64,000 bases of DNA, from assembly GCA_016182095.1 (NCBI GenBank), contig JACOXY010000011.1, positions 67,794-131,793 of the forward strand. Reading direction: 5' to 3'. Under the pieces are notes generated by a model, which searched no databases, was not told the origin of the DNA, and saw only the letters and a list, made by a program, of their open reading frames with translations. Positions 28,748 to 37,183 of this stretch are shown here, piece after piece (position 1 is the first letter of the stretch; the number at the start of each line of letters is the position of its first letter). The stretch is from Candidatus Liptonbacteria bacterium. Its GTDB lineage: Bacteria > Patescibacteriota > Minisyncoccia > UBA6257 > JACOXY01. A program made the position numbers and the translations under genes.

Positions 28748-29518
28748 TTAAGCTTGCAGTTCTATGCTTGAGGTTTTAAGTTCGCGTGCCAAAAAATTAT
28801 TTTTGACGTGATAGTAGCTTGCCGGCCCGCCATTGCCGATTCTTTCTATAATCTGCCTGTCACAAAGTTTCTGCACATCATATCTCAAAGTTCTTTCGCT
28901 GACATCAGGGAATGCGGCAATCAAATCTTTCATTGCCGCTTTGCCCAATTGCCTGATTTTTTGAGCAATAAGCTCCTGCCTATCTTCTGCCACTATTGAC
29001 CCCGCCGATTGCAATGACTGGCTTTTTTTGTCTATTGCCGAATTACCTGGTATTGCCGGGACTGGGATGTTTTCCTTGCCGTTTTGCCTGATTAACTGGG
29101 GTGGAGCATCGTCCTTTTGCCGAATAATTGCCGCATTGCCGATATCTGCCTCAACATTCTTTGCCGTTTCTTTTATAACATCCGCTCCAAAATGCTCAAC
29201 AAAATTCCCGGAAAAGATATCGGCAATCGCAAGCCCAACCCTTTGTCTTTCCTTTTCTTCAATAAAGACCTTCCTAAGATTGGCAAACTGGCCATATAAA
29301 ATCTTCGCATGGTGATAATGTATTTCTCCGATTTCCTCTCCTAAAAAAATGAATTTTTCCAAAACATCTAACGCCTTTTCGGCCGCTTCAAGGTCATGAG
29401 CTGAAGCCGACTCAAGCAGATGCACACCATACGATTCTATTCTTGACTTTAAATCCTTCTGCTTGATAAAATGGCAAACCCTGAAAAGGGCCTGGGAAAT
29501 TTGTAGGCATTGCCGCAT
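28748..29518 (-). CDS. Protein with C-terminal DeoR-like winged HTH
   Basis: RQELI..F.DVSERTLRYDV..L....IIER.G.G; start set at ATG 29518 because the longer ORF overlaps the upstream gene. Confidence 0.7.
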   Translation of the reverse strand: MRQCLQISQALFRVCHFIKQKDLKSRIESYGVHLLESASAHDLEAAEKALDVLEKFIFLGEEIGEIHYHHAKILYGQFANLRKVFIEEKERQRVGLAIADIFSGNFVEHFGADVIKETAKNVEADIGNAAIIRQKDDAPPQLIRQNGKENIPVPAIPGNSAIDKKSQSLQSAGSIVAEDRQELIAQKIRQLGKAAMKDLIAAFPDVSERTLRYDVQKLCDRQIIERIGNGGPASYYHVKNNFLARELKTSSIELQA

Positions 29519-29531
29519 TGTCACACTGCGG

Positions 29532-30287
29532 CTATGAAAATACCAATACCAGAACAAGCAAGGCGGCAAATAGCAAGCCATTTTTAAGCAAGACTTTCGC
29601 CTCCAACAATTTTTCCTCATATAGCAAGTACATCCTCTGAGCAAAAAACCAAAAGAGGACGAGTATAGTTGTTGCGCCGAAAATACCAACTGGAAGCAAA
29701 GAGGCCACCCAAGCAATTTCCAAAACTACCAGAGAGGATGTGATTGCTAAAAAAAGCGCGTAGCCAAAACTTTTTTGAGAAACAAAATTATAAAACTGGG
29801 CAAAGAGAAGCATGGTGACAGTAGAAAAGATAAATATTGCCGGATAAAAATCTCCAGGAGAGATCAGCCAAAGAAACAGAAAAGCCAAAATAAAAAATAT
29901 AAGAGTTTGAAGCAAAACCAGCATCTCCTTGCGCCGCAAAAACACGAGCTCCTTAATGCCAAAAAGCAGAAACCAGGCAACAAATAGCGTAAGCGCCAAA
30001 GAATATTGGACTTGACTGTTAAACTCAATCAAAATTTTCCCGATATTGGCAAAACCAAGCCAAAGTTTCACGGCAACTGACGCGGCAAGGAGTAAAATAT
30101 ATGCCAAAAAAAGATCTAAGGCTCGCGATCCAGACTTAAAATACAGATAAAGAGAAGCTAAAATAAAAATCCAATAAGGCAGGAATTGCCAAATTAAAGC
30201 CAGAACAAGCGCCTTACCGAGTAAACCCGGTAGTAGTCTGCCGCTGTTGTGCCAAAATTTGCCGGTCAGATTAATTATGCCAAACAT
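29532..30287 (-). CDS. Polytopic membrane protein, unknown function
   Basis: About 8 hydrophobic segments. Confidence 0.7.
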   Translation of the reverse strand: MFGIINLTGKFWHNSGRLLPGLLGKALVLALIWQFLPYWIFILASLYLYFKSGSRALDLFLAYILLLAASVAVKLWLGFANIGKILIEFNSQVQYSLALTLFVAWFLLFGIKELVFLRRKEMLVLLQTLIFFILAFLFLWLISPGDFYPAIFIFSTVTMLLFAQFYNFVSQKSFGYALFLAITSSLVVLEIAWVASLLPVGIFGATTILVLFWFFAQRMYLLYEEKLLEAKVLLKNGLLFAALLVLVLVFS

Positions 30288-30340
30288 AGACAGTTATACT
30301 TTAGCCACAACAAGAGATGAAAGAGATGGCGGCAGAGTTA

Positions 30341-32965
30341 CTACCGGGTAAAAACCAAGGAATCTTCTTTGAGATTGATTTTAATCTTATCACCATTCTT
30401 AATTTCACCGCGAATAATTCTGTCAGCCATCTTGTCAAGAATCATTTTCTGGATTAGCCGCTTTATTGGGCGCGCGCCATACTCCGGATCAAATCCTTTC
30501 TCGGCGAGATATTTTTTAGAAGCGTTATCAATATTAATCTTTATGTCTTTCAAGGCCAGTCGCTTTTTAACCAGCTCAAGCTGGATCTCAACAATCTCCT
30601 GAAGATCTTTCGGCCGTAGGGGGTTAAATATTATAATTTCATCAATACGATTCAGGAATTCCGGCCTAAACCCATCTTTTAAGGCGGTCATTATCCGGTC
30701 TTTATACTCCCCCTCTTCTGTTTTCAGTTTATCCTCCTCGGTAACGCTAAAACCCAGGTTAGACATGGCGTTGATAATCTCACTGCCAACATTAGAAGTC
30801 ATTATAATGATGGAGTTTTTGAAGTTTGTTGTTTTGCCTTTGCTATCGGTTAGTCGTCCATTATCCAGAACCTGCAAAAGCAGATTAAATACCTCCGGAT
30901 GCGCTTTTTCTATTTCATCAAATAAAATCAAGCTATATGGCTTGTGACGCACAATTTCAGTAAGATGGCCGCCCTCTTCATAGCCCACGTAGCCCGGAGG
31001 AGAACCAATGAGCTTAGAAACGGCATGGCGCTCCATGTATTCAGACATATCAACCCTGACCAAAGACTTTTCGTCATTAAACATAAATTCGGCAAGGGCC
31101 CTGGCAAGCTCGGTTTTGCCGACCCCGGTAGGCCCCAAGAACATAAAGGATCCTATTGGCTTATTCTCGTCAGAGAGACCAGCCCGCGCCCTGCGCAGAG
31201 CGCTTGAAACCGCGGCAATCGCCTCTTCTTGCCCAACAACCCGCTTCTTCAAGTCCTCGTCAATACGGGATAATTTTTGAGATTCCGACTCCAGCATTCT
31301 GTAAACCGGAATGCCGGTCCAACGCGAAACCACAGCAGCTATATCGTCTTCTCTCACGGCTTCCTTTAAAAATCCATCTCCCTTCCCGCCAAAATGCTTC
31401 TTTTCAAACACTTTTAGGTCTTTTTCGGCTTGAGGCAGTTCTCCATAGATAATCTGGGCAACGCGCTCAAGATTACCTTCTCTTTCGGCGGTTTCCGATT
31501 CGTGTTTTAAATTTTCCGCTTTGGCTTTCAGGTTATGAAAGTTTTCAAAACTGATTTTTTCGGCATGCCATTTGGCGGAAAGATCGTCGTTCTCGTCCTT
31601 TAATCCAGCAAGTTCCTTGTTAATTTCCCTGACCCTTTTCTGACTTTTCGGTTGTGCGGGCTCTTTTGACAACGCCTGTTTTTCTATTGTAAGCCGAGTT
31701 ATTCCCTTTCTTATTTTCTCAATGTCGCTTGGGGTGCTTTCTGTTTCCAGGCGCAGGGCGGCGGCCGCTTCATCAATCAAATCGACGGCCTTGTCAGGCA
31801 AAAACCTGTCGGATATGTAGCGGGCAGAAAGGTTAACAGCCGCGCTTAACGCCTCATCGGTTATGTGAATTCCATGGTGTAATTCGTATTTTTCCTTTAA
31901 GCCGCGCAGAATGGAAATCGCGTCTTCTAAGCTCGGCTCTTCAACGGTAATCGGCTGAAACCTGCGCTCTAAAGCCGGGTCCTTCTCTATATGGCGCTGA
32001 TATTCCTTTATGGTTGTGGCGCCAATAGCATGCAGTTCCCCTCTCGCGAGCGGCGGTTTTAAGAGATTTGAAGCATCAACTGCTCCTTCGGCCGCGCCGG
32101 CTCCCACGATCATATGTATTTCGTCAATAAAAAGAATAATTTTGCCGGCCGAATTCTGGATTTCTTTCATAAAAGCTTTTAGCCGATCTTCAAACTCGCC
32201 TCTAAATTTGGTTCCAGCGATCAAAGACCCAAGATCAAGCATGACAATTTCCTTGCCCTTTAGCGGCTCCGGAACATCACTCGCCACTATTTTTTGGGCC
32301 AAGCCTTCAACAATTGCCGTTTTGCCAACCCCCGGCTCGCCTATTAAAACGGGGTTGTTTTTAGTCCTTCTTGATAAAATCTGAATAACCCTTCGCAATT
32401 CTTCTTCCCTGCCTATCACCGGGTCAAGCTTGCCCTGCCTCGCGCGCTCCGTAAGATTTATGGCGTATTTTTCAAGAACTTGGAATTTTGACTCCGGTGT
32501 TTCGTCGGTAATGCGCATAGATCCCCTTAATTGCGCGAGAGTCCTCAAGACCGTTTCTTTGCGAAGACCGAATTTTTCAAGGATCGCCTTCCCCGATCCT
32601 GGCACCTCAAGCATGGAGAGAAGCATATGCTCGCAAGAAATATACTCATCTTTTTGCTGGGTAGCGATTTTTGCGGCCACGTCAAGTAATCTCATCAATT
32701 CTTGAGAAAGATAAAGCTGGCCCACGGAGGCGCTGGAAAGAATTTTAGGAAGTTTTTTGATTTCGTCCTCTATGGTTTTGCGAAGAAGATCAAGATTCGT
32801 TCCGCTTCGAGCTAAAATCGGCTGGACCAATGATTGGCTATCGGAAATTAAAGAAGCCAAAAGGTGGATTGACTTTAATTCACCATGATTTTCCGCAGAC
32901 GCCAAATCCTGCGCGTTTTGCAGAGCTTCTTGAGCTTTTATTGTAAAACGATGAAAATTGGGCAT
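30341..32965 (-). CDS. clpB: Chaperone ClpB
   Basis: Clp N domain; two AAA+ modules ([16 protein letters not shown]); long M-domain coiled coil. Confidence 0.95.
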   Translation of the reverse strand: MPNFHRFTIKAQEALQNAQDLASAENHGELKSIHLLASLISDSQSLVQPILARSGTNLDLLRKTIEDEIKKLPKILSSASVGQLYLSQELMRLLDVAAKIATQQKDEYISCEHMLLSMLEVPGSGKAILEKFGLRKETVLRTLAQLRGSMRITDETPESKFQVLEKYAINLTERARQGKLDPVIGREEELRRVIQILSRRTKNNPVLIGEPGVGKTAIVEGLAQKIVASDVPEPLKGKEIVMLDLGSLIAGTKFRGEFEDRLKAFMKEIQNSAGKIILFIDEIHMIVGAGAAEGAVDASNLLKPPLARGELHAIGATTIKEYQRHIEKDPALERRFQPITVEEPSLEDAISILRGLKEKYELHHGIHITDEALSAAVNLSARYISDRFLPDKAVDLIDEAAAALRLETESTPSDIEKIRKGITRLTIEKQALSKEPAQPKSQKRVREINKELAGLKDENDDLSAKWHAEKISFENFHNLKAKAENLKHESETAEREGNLERVAQIIYGELPQAEKDLKVFEKKHFGGKGDGFLKEAVREDDIAAVVSRWTGIPVYRMLESESQKLSRIDEDLKKRVVGQEEAIAAVSSALRRARAGLSDENKPIGSFMFLGPTGVGKTELARALAEFMFNDEKSLVRVDMSEYMERHAVSKLIGSPPGYVGYEEGGHLTEIVRHKPYSLILFDEIEKAHPEVFNLLLQVLDNGRLTDSKGKTTNFKNSIIIMTSNVGSEIINAMSNLGFSVTEEDKLKTEEGEYKDRIMTALKDGFRPEFLNRIDEIIIFNPLRPKDLQEIVEIQLELVKKRLALKDIKINIDNASKKYLAEKGFDPEYGARPIKRLIQKMILDKMADRIIRGEIKNGDKIKINLKEDSLVFTR

Positions 32966-33123
32966 ATTATTTTATTATTATAACACACTTTTTATACTTT
33001 TGCAACCAAGTACCGCCACTTCACGGGGAGAGATTTGCGGTTGCTTTCATTTATTATAACACCTAAAAGCCACCTTGCCATATCCAAATTCATTCAATAA
33101 GAAAAAAGGCGGGCTTTTGCCCG

Positions 33124-33324
33124 CTATGGTTTATTTTGACAAAGAACATATATCACTTTCGGAGTACGCTTTTCATGGTATTTACCACCATGAAATTCTA
33201 AGTATTGTTCTTCAACCACTCTTACATCAAGCAATTTCCATCCTGCGTTTAAATACTCGTTAGCGTGATCTTCGGAGTAAACTTCAGAAACTTGCGCCAC
33301 TCGTGAAAGTTCGGACGCGTCCAT
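33124..33324 (-). CDS. Small hypothetical protein
   Basis: GAGG before ATG 33324; ANEYL.AGWKLL motif; followed by hairpin gcgggc-tttt-gcccgc. Confidence 0.55.
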   Translation of the reverse strand: MDASELSRVAQVSEVYSEDHANEYLNAGWKLLDVRVVEEQYLEFHGGKYHEKRTPKVIYVLCQNKP

Positions 33325-33340
33325 TGATACCTCAATAATT

Positions 33341-34801
33341 TTACTGTCTTTGAAAAGTATCAAGCACAGAGATTACTTTGTCAATCTCCGCTTTTGTCGT
33401 GTATTTCCCGAGCGTAAACCGTACGCTTTGTTTGGCGCGTTCTTTGGAGTGTCCAAGCGCCTCTATCACATAAGAGGGTGTGAGCGCACGGGCGCGACAA
33501 GCCGACCCCGAAGAAGCCGCGATGCCTGCTAAATCAAGTTTGGTTAGAAAAAATTGGGATTCAATGCCTGGGAGATAGACATTAAGAAAATTGGGGAGCC
33601 GTTGTAACGTTCTGGCCGTTCTATCGCTTCGCTCGTTCAAGCCGTTTTTCGCTATAGCATTTAGAACGCCCAGAACGTCTGCGCCGTTGATTTCCGCATT
33701 CAGATAAATCTTTTTGATGCCCTGCCATAAATTTTCACGCAGTTTGGCGATGCGGACAGATTCCTTTTCGCGATTTTTTTGTGCGAGTTCAACAGCCTTA
33801 GCAAAGCCGACAACGAACGGAACGTTTTCGGTGCCACTGCGCAATCCAAACTCTTGGCCACCACCAGTTATGATGGGGTGTGGGGTATGGAGTATAGGGT
33901 TTAGTTTTTTTTCTGCACTATACCCTAAACCCTGGACCCCAGACCCTTGGCGCGCATATAGCGCGCCAATGCCTTTCGGTCCATAGATTTTGTGAGCCGA
34001 GATTGTCATTAAGTCCACTCCCAATTTCCCCACATCACAATCTAAATACTGCAGAGCCTGTGCCGCATCAGTATGAAACATCGGATATGTAGAAGAAAAA
34101 CTTGTTTCTAAGAAAAGTGTCTCGGAGCCTGAGCGGGCATGGTTGCCGCTTTTAGTGGCAGAGCGAGGGCGAGAGTCAAGCGGGTGAGCGATCGGCTGGG
34201 CGAGCGAAACCCCGTCTTTTCGTGAAACAAGTTTTTCTTCTCTGAACTTCCTGATTATCTCGGCAATTTGCGCAACAGGCTCTACTGTTCCAACCTCATT
34301 ATTCGCATACATAACCGAAACCAAAACAGTACGCTCGTTAAGCGCCGCTTCAAGTTTTTCCAAATTAACAATTCCGCTTTTGTCTACTGGAATATAAACA
34401 ACTTCAACCCCCTCACGTTCCAAATCCCGCGCGGTTTCCAAAACAGATTCATGCTCTATTCCCGAAACCACAATCCTGGGGTGTGGGGTGTGGGGTGTGG
34501 GGTGTGGTTTTTTGTTTCCGCTATACCCCATACCCGATACCCTATACCCTTTGGCAATTCCCCGAATTGCCAAATTATTCGCTTCTGTTGCGGATCCCGT
34601 AAAAATAATTTCATTAAAGTTAGCGCCAATCGCCTTGGCAATTGTTTCCCGCGACTCATCAAGCGCCGACATAGCTGCTTGCCCAAAAGAATGCAGAGAT
34701 CCCGTGTTCCCAAATTTCAATCCAAAATACGGCTCCATTGCTTTCTTCACAACCGGATCAATTGGAGTTGTAGAGGCGTAGTCAAGGTAGATGCGCTTCA
34801 T
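33341..34801 (-). CDS. iscS: Cysteine desulfurase (IscS/NifS type) with four in-frame repeat-element insertions
   Basis: IYLDYASTTP, IIFTGSATE, ANNEVG, HTDAAQ, SAHKIYGPKG, RSGTEN, SSGSAC; start MKRIYLD at 34801. Confidence 0.93.
   Translation of the reverse strand: MKRIYLDYASTTPIDPVVKKAMEPYFGLKFGNTGSLHSFGQAAMSALDESRETIAKAIGANFNEIIFTGSATEANNLAIRGIAKGYRVSGMGYSGNKKPHPTPHTPHPRIVVSGIEHESVLETARDLEREGVEVVYIPVDKSGIVNLEKLEAALNERTVLVSVMYANNEVGTVEPVAQIAEIIRKFREEKLVSRKDGVSLAQPIAHPLDSRPRSATKSGNHARSGSETLFLETSFSSTYPMFHTDAAQALQYLDCDVGKLGVDLMTISAHKIYGPKGIGALYARQGSGVQGLGYSAEKKLNPILHTPHPIITGGGQEFGLRSGTENVPFVVGFAKAVELAQKNREKESVRIAKLRENLWQGIKKIYLNAEINGADVLGVLNAIAKNGLNERSDRTARTLQRLPNFLNVYLPGIESQFFLTKLDLAGIAASSGSACRARALTPSYVIEALGHSKERAKQSVRFTLGKYTTKAEIDKVISVLDTFQRQ
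34091..34241. mobile_element. MITE-like element with 18-bp terminal inverted repeats, in frame inside iscS
   Basis: agaagaaaaacttgtttc ... gaaacaagtttttcttct around a GC-rich core. Confidence 0.8.
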
Positions 34802-34811
34802 AAAATGAAGC

Positions 34812-34895
34812 GTCATATGTCCGGTATCAAGTATCACGTAAATGGAATTTTTATTTTCCCCAAACACATGACACATAACACATGACACATGACAC
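34812..34895. repeat. Inverted 7-mer array element upstream of iscS
   Basis: gtatcaa/gtatcac units facing four cacatga-type units; abuts the upstream stop codon. Confidence 0.7.
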
Positions 34896-35464
34896 TAAAA
34901 TAGTGTTTGCGGAAAAATAAATTCACTAAAAGCAAGTTTAACCTCCAGGCGGTTGCCGGTGTTCCTCTCGGGAACAATTAGGTGTCCGCGGCTTTTCGCC
35001 AATTCATATAAATCTTTAGTAATTTTCACATCATTAAGGCAGTACTCTTCCAGCTCTTTCCACCTGCCCTCTTTGTAAAATTTAATAGCTTCAAGTCCGT
35101 GGTTTGTTTTCCCAACCCCAAGATTCGCCTGCGCCAGAAGATCAAGCCCGATTCTTTGGCCGGCACTGGTTTCAATTTCATCCAAAAGATCAAGCCGGTT
35201 AATTTTCCATAGATCAAATTTAAAATGCTTAGCAAGCACCGGTATGTCAAAACGATTAATACTAAAGCCGATTATAAGGCCGGCGTTCTTCAGAAATGTT
35301 TCGAGGTTGGCCAGTTCGGTGTCTTTAAATGCCAAATACCTGCCCTCGTTATAAGAATAAACACCAACCAGCGAGACCTCTAATCTATCAATCCGATCGC
35401 GCCCCCCAACATCCGCGAAAGAATTTTTAGTTTCAATGTCTAAAACGACTGTATCAGGTATCAT
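34895..35464 (-). CDS. RNase H-like (DEDD/YprB-type) exonuclease domain protein
   Basis: LDIET, GF....FD.P.L, YCLNDV motifs. Confidence 0.85.
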   Translation of the reverse strand: MIPDTVVLDIETKNSFADVGGRDRIDRLEVSLVGVYSYNEGRYLAFKDTELANLETFLKNAGLIIGFSINRFDIPVLAKHFKFDLWKINRLDLLDEIETSAGQRIGLDLLAQANLGVGKTNHGLEAIKFYKEGRWKELEEYCLNDVKITKDLYELAKSRGHLIVPERNTGNRLEVKLAFSEFIFPQTLF

Positions 35465-35466
35465 AA

Positions 35467-35933
35467 TAACTCCACGAATTTACGAATCTTGCGTATATAC
35501 GAATTTACAAGTCGTTAACAAGACGCTTGAAACGAACTCCGTCTTTTAAAAAATAAATTATAATTGCTAAATTGAGATTAACACTTTTAAGATAAGATGA
35601 TACTTGGTCTATGTGCACATACCCAAATTTTGACACTACCTTTAATTCTACTATTACTTTGCCATCCACTAAAAAATCAAAGAAATTTTTCCCAACATTC
35701 TCTCCTTGAAAATTTACTGGAGCGTATTTTTCTTTTTCAAATTTAATGCCCTTTGCCACAAGCGATTTAGCATAAGCCCTCTGATATACAACCTCTTTGT
35801 GTCCCCATCTCAATTCATTAAAAACATCATACGCTGAACCTATTATCTCAAAACTCAGTTCCGGATAAAGCAAATCTTGTCTCCGTAATTTTTGATTCGT
35901 ATATTCACCCATATTCGTAAATTCATGGAGTTA
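35467..35933. mobile_element. Putative autonomous element: GxxExxY gene bounded by ~39-bp imperfect terminal inverted repeats built from acgaat units
   Basis: Left taactccacgaatttacgaatcttgcgtatatacgaat; right (reverse complement) taactccatgaatttacgaatatgggtgaatatacgaat. Confidence 0.75.
35505..35912 (-). CDS. GxxExxY protein (PD-(D/E)XK nuclease superfamily)
   Basis: GHKEVVY signature; DFLVDGKVIVELK and Q...YL motifs. Confidence 0.92.
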   Translation of the reverse strand: MGEYTNQKLRRQDLLYPELSFEIIGSAYDVFNELRWGHKEVVYQRAYAKSLVAKGIKFEKEKYAPVNFQGENVGKNFFDFLVDGKVIVELKVVSKFGYVHIDQVSSYLKSVNLNLAIIIYFLKDGVRFKRLVNDL

Positions 35934-36410
35934 CACGTGGCGATCCGCTACCTTGCTCGCGGCGTAACTGTCCGGCTTGGTCTTGACCTCAAAATTATAA
36001 GCGCGTATCATGCCAACCACTTCCTGTATCATAGATTTGGTTGCGCCATTCTCTCCGATATCCGCGTGTATCTCAAAATCAAAATTTACGGCCCCCAGAC
36101 TTTTCAGTTCTCTAAGAACATTCTGCGCCACTTCTATAGACATCAAAACCTCATTTATAATTCTGTCGCGCAGAGTATAAAACTTTTTAATTTCCAGCCG
36201 ACGCCAAAAATAACGTCCACCATTACCTACGCGATGTACCACTACAGCAGTGACAAAGTCGGCGCTGTTGTCGGCCAAACGAAGCGAGTCGGAGCCAATG
36301 ATAACTTTATAAAAAAAATTTTGCTCCTGCGCCATAAAATCAACAATTGCTTTTGCCACTTCTGTAGCATCCAACTTTACCCCGAAAGAAGTGTTAAATA
36401 AGTTTTTCAT
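35931..36410 (-). CDS. RNase H-like YkuK (DUF458) family protein
   Basis: IIGSDS, VTAVVVHRVG.GG, EIHADIG.NG.T, KPDSYAASKVAD. Confidence 0.85.
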   Translation of the reverse strand: MKNLFNTSFGVKLDATEVAKAIVDFMAQEQNFFYKVIIGSDSLRLADNSADFVTAVVVHRVGNGGRYFWRRLEIKKFYTLRDRIINEVLMSIEVAQNVLRELKSLGAVNFDFEIHADIGENGATKSMIQEVVGMIRAYNFEVKTKPDSYAASKVADRHV

Positions 36411-36473
36411 TATCCATAGACTAAAACAAACTGGGCAAATTTGCAACCAATTTGAGAATGAATAAAAAAAGAA

Positions 36474-36510
36474 GCCCGCCCAAGTTCTGTTTTGCAAAAC
36501 TCGGGCGGGC
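36474..36510 (-). terminator. Terminator of the tRNA operon
   Basis: gcccgcc...ggcgggc hairpin followed by a U-run on the minus strand. Confidence 0.7.
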
Positions 36511-36513
36511 GAA

Positions 36514-36586
36514 TAGGCCCTGGGGGATTTGAACCACCGTCGGTCGCTTATAAGGCGACTGCTCTAACCAATTGAGCTAAGGGCCC
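36514..36586 (-). tRNA. tRNA-Ile(UAU)
   Basis: Cloverleaf GGGCCCT/AGGGCCT; anticodon arm gtcgc-CTTATAA-gcgac; discriminator A. Confidence 0.88.
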
Positions 36587-36589
36587 AAA

Positions 36590-36663
36590 TAGCGCCGGCG
36601 GGATTTGAACCCACGGTCTCCGGCTTGAAAGGCCGGTGTCCTAGACCACTAGACGATGGCGCC
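36590..36663 (-). tRNA. tRNA-Glu(UUC)
   Basis: ggcgcca..; anticodon arm ccggc-CTTTCAA-gccgg; T-loop TTCAAAT. Confidence 0.9.
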
Positions 36664-36673
36664 GCAAACAGAA

Positions 36674-36849
36674 AGATGGCAATCGGGCTTGAACCGATGA
36701 CCCCCTGCTTATCCCTCACTTATGCGCTTAAAAAGCCAGAGGAGGGGCTTGAACCCTCGACCACTCGATTACAAATCGAGTACTCTACCAACTGAGCTAC
36801 TCTGGCATTAGTGAGGGACTAGGCGCTCTACCGACTGAGCTATGCCAGC
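36674..36849 (-). pseudogene. Thr-like tRNA interrupted in its anticodon arm by an insert that contains another tRNA
   Basis: 5' half gctggcatagctcagtcggtagagcgcct (36849-36821); 3' half taagcagggggtcatcggttcaagcccgattgccatc (36711-36675). Confidence 0.8.
36734..36806 (-). tRNA. tRNA-Thr(UGU), nested
   Basis: GCCAGAG/CTCTGGC acceptor; anticodon arm ctcga-TTTGTAA-tcgag; intact D and T arms. Confidence 0.92.
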
Positions 36850-36850
36850 A

Positions 36851-36923
36851 TACCCCCGAGAGGATTTGAACCCCTGACTCCGCGGGTAGAAACCGCGAGC
36901 TCTGTCCACTGAGCTACGGGGGC
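36851..36923 (-). tRNA. tRNA-Arg(UCU)
   Basis: GCCCCCG/CGGGGGT; anticodon arm cgcgg-TTTCTAC-ccgcg. Confidence 0.88.
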
Positions 36924-36941
36924 AGAACCAAAAAAAGAGTG

Positions 36942-37111
36942 AATGCGGGAGGAGGGATTTGCCCACAACTCTCACTTCGCCGTCGCGAAGTTCGGTCGCG
37001 GGCCCGCCTCGCGATCGCGCGTGCTCGCGCGATAAGCTCCGGCATTCAAATCCCGCCCGCAGGCAAAGAAGTTTGCCTGCTCGGAAAAAGAAATGCGGGA
37101 GGAGGGATTTG
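36942..37111. repeat. 20-bp direct repeat of the tRNA-Leu 3' end enclosing a GC-rich structured insert
   Basis: aatgcgggaggagggatttg at 36942-36961 and 37092-37111. Confidence 0.85.
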
Positions 37112-37167
37112 AACCCTCAAAATCAGGCTTTTAAGGCCAGCACGTATGCCAATTCCGTCACTCCCGC
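37094..37167 (-). tRNA. tRNA-Leu(UAA) with short variable loop
   Basis: GCGGGAG/CTCCCGC-A; Leu-type D arm; anticodon loop CTTAAAA; only 5 nt between anticodon and T stems. Confidence 0.8.
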
Positions 37168-37183
37168 AAAGTCACTCGCCCTC

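Noticed and set aside
32966-33075. CIRCE or CtsR heat-shock operator upstream of clpB
   Set aside because: No TTAGCACTC-N9-GAGTGCTAA or clear CtsR direct repeat found by eye.
33341-34801. Inteins in IscS, AsnB or GlyA
   Set aside because: The inserts are 10-50 aa and lack the intein N-terminal C/S block and HN end; they are explained by DNA palindromes.
34802-34888. N-terminal extension MSCVMCHV of IscS as a Cys/His metal or heme motif
   Set aside because: It is a translation of the cacatga 7-mer array; the homologous start is MKRIYLD at 34801.
36674-36849. Classical group I or bulge-helix-bulge tRNA intron
   Set aside because: The insert is too short for a group I ribozyme and is mostly a tRNA. 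I could not draw a BHB motif, and excision does not rebuild a 17-nt anticodon arm.
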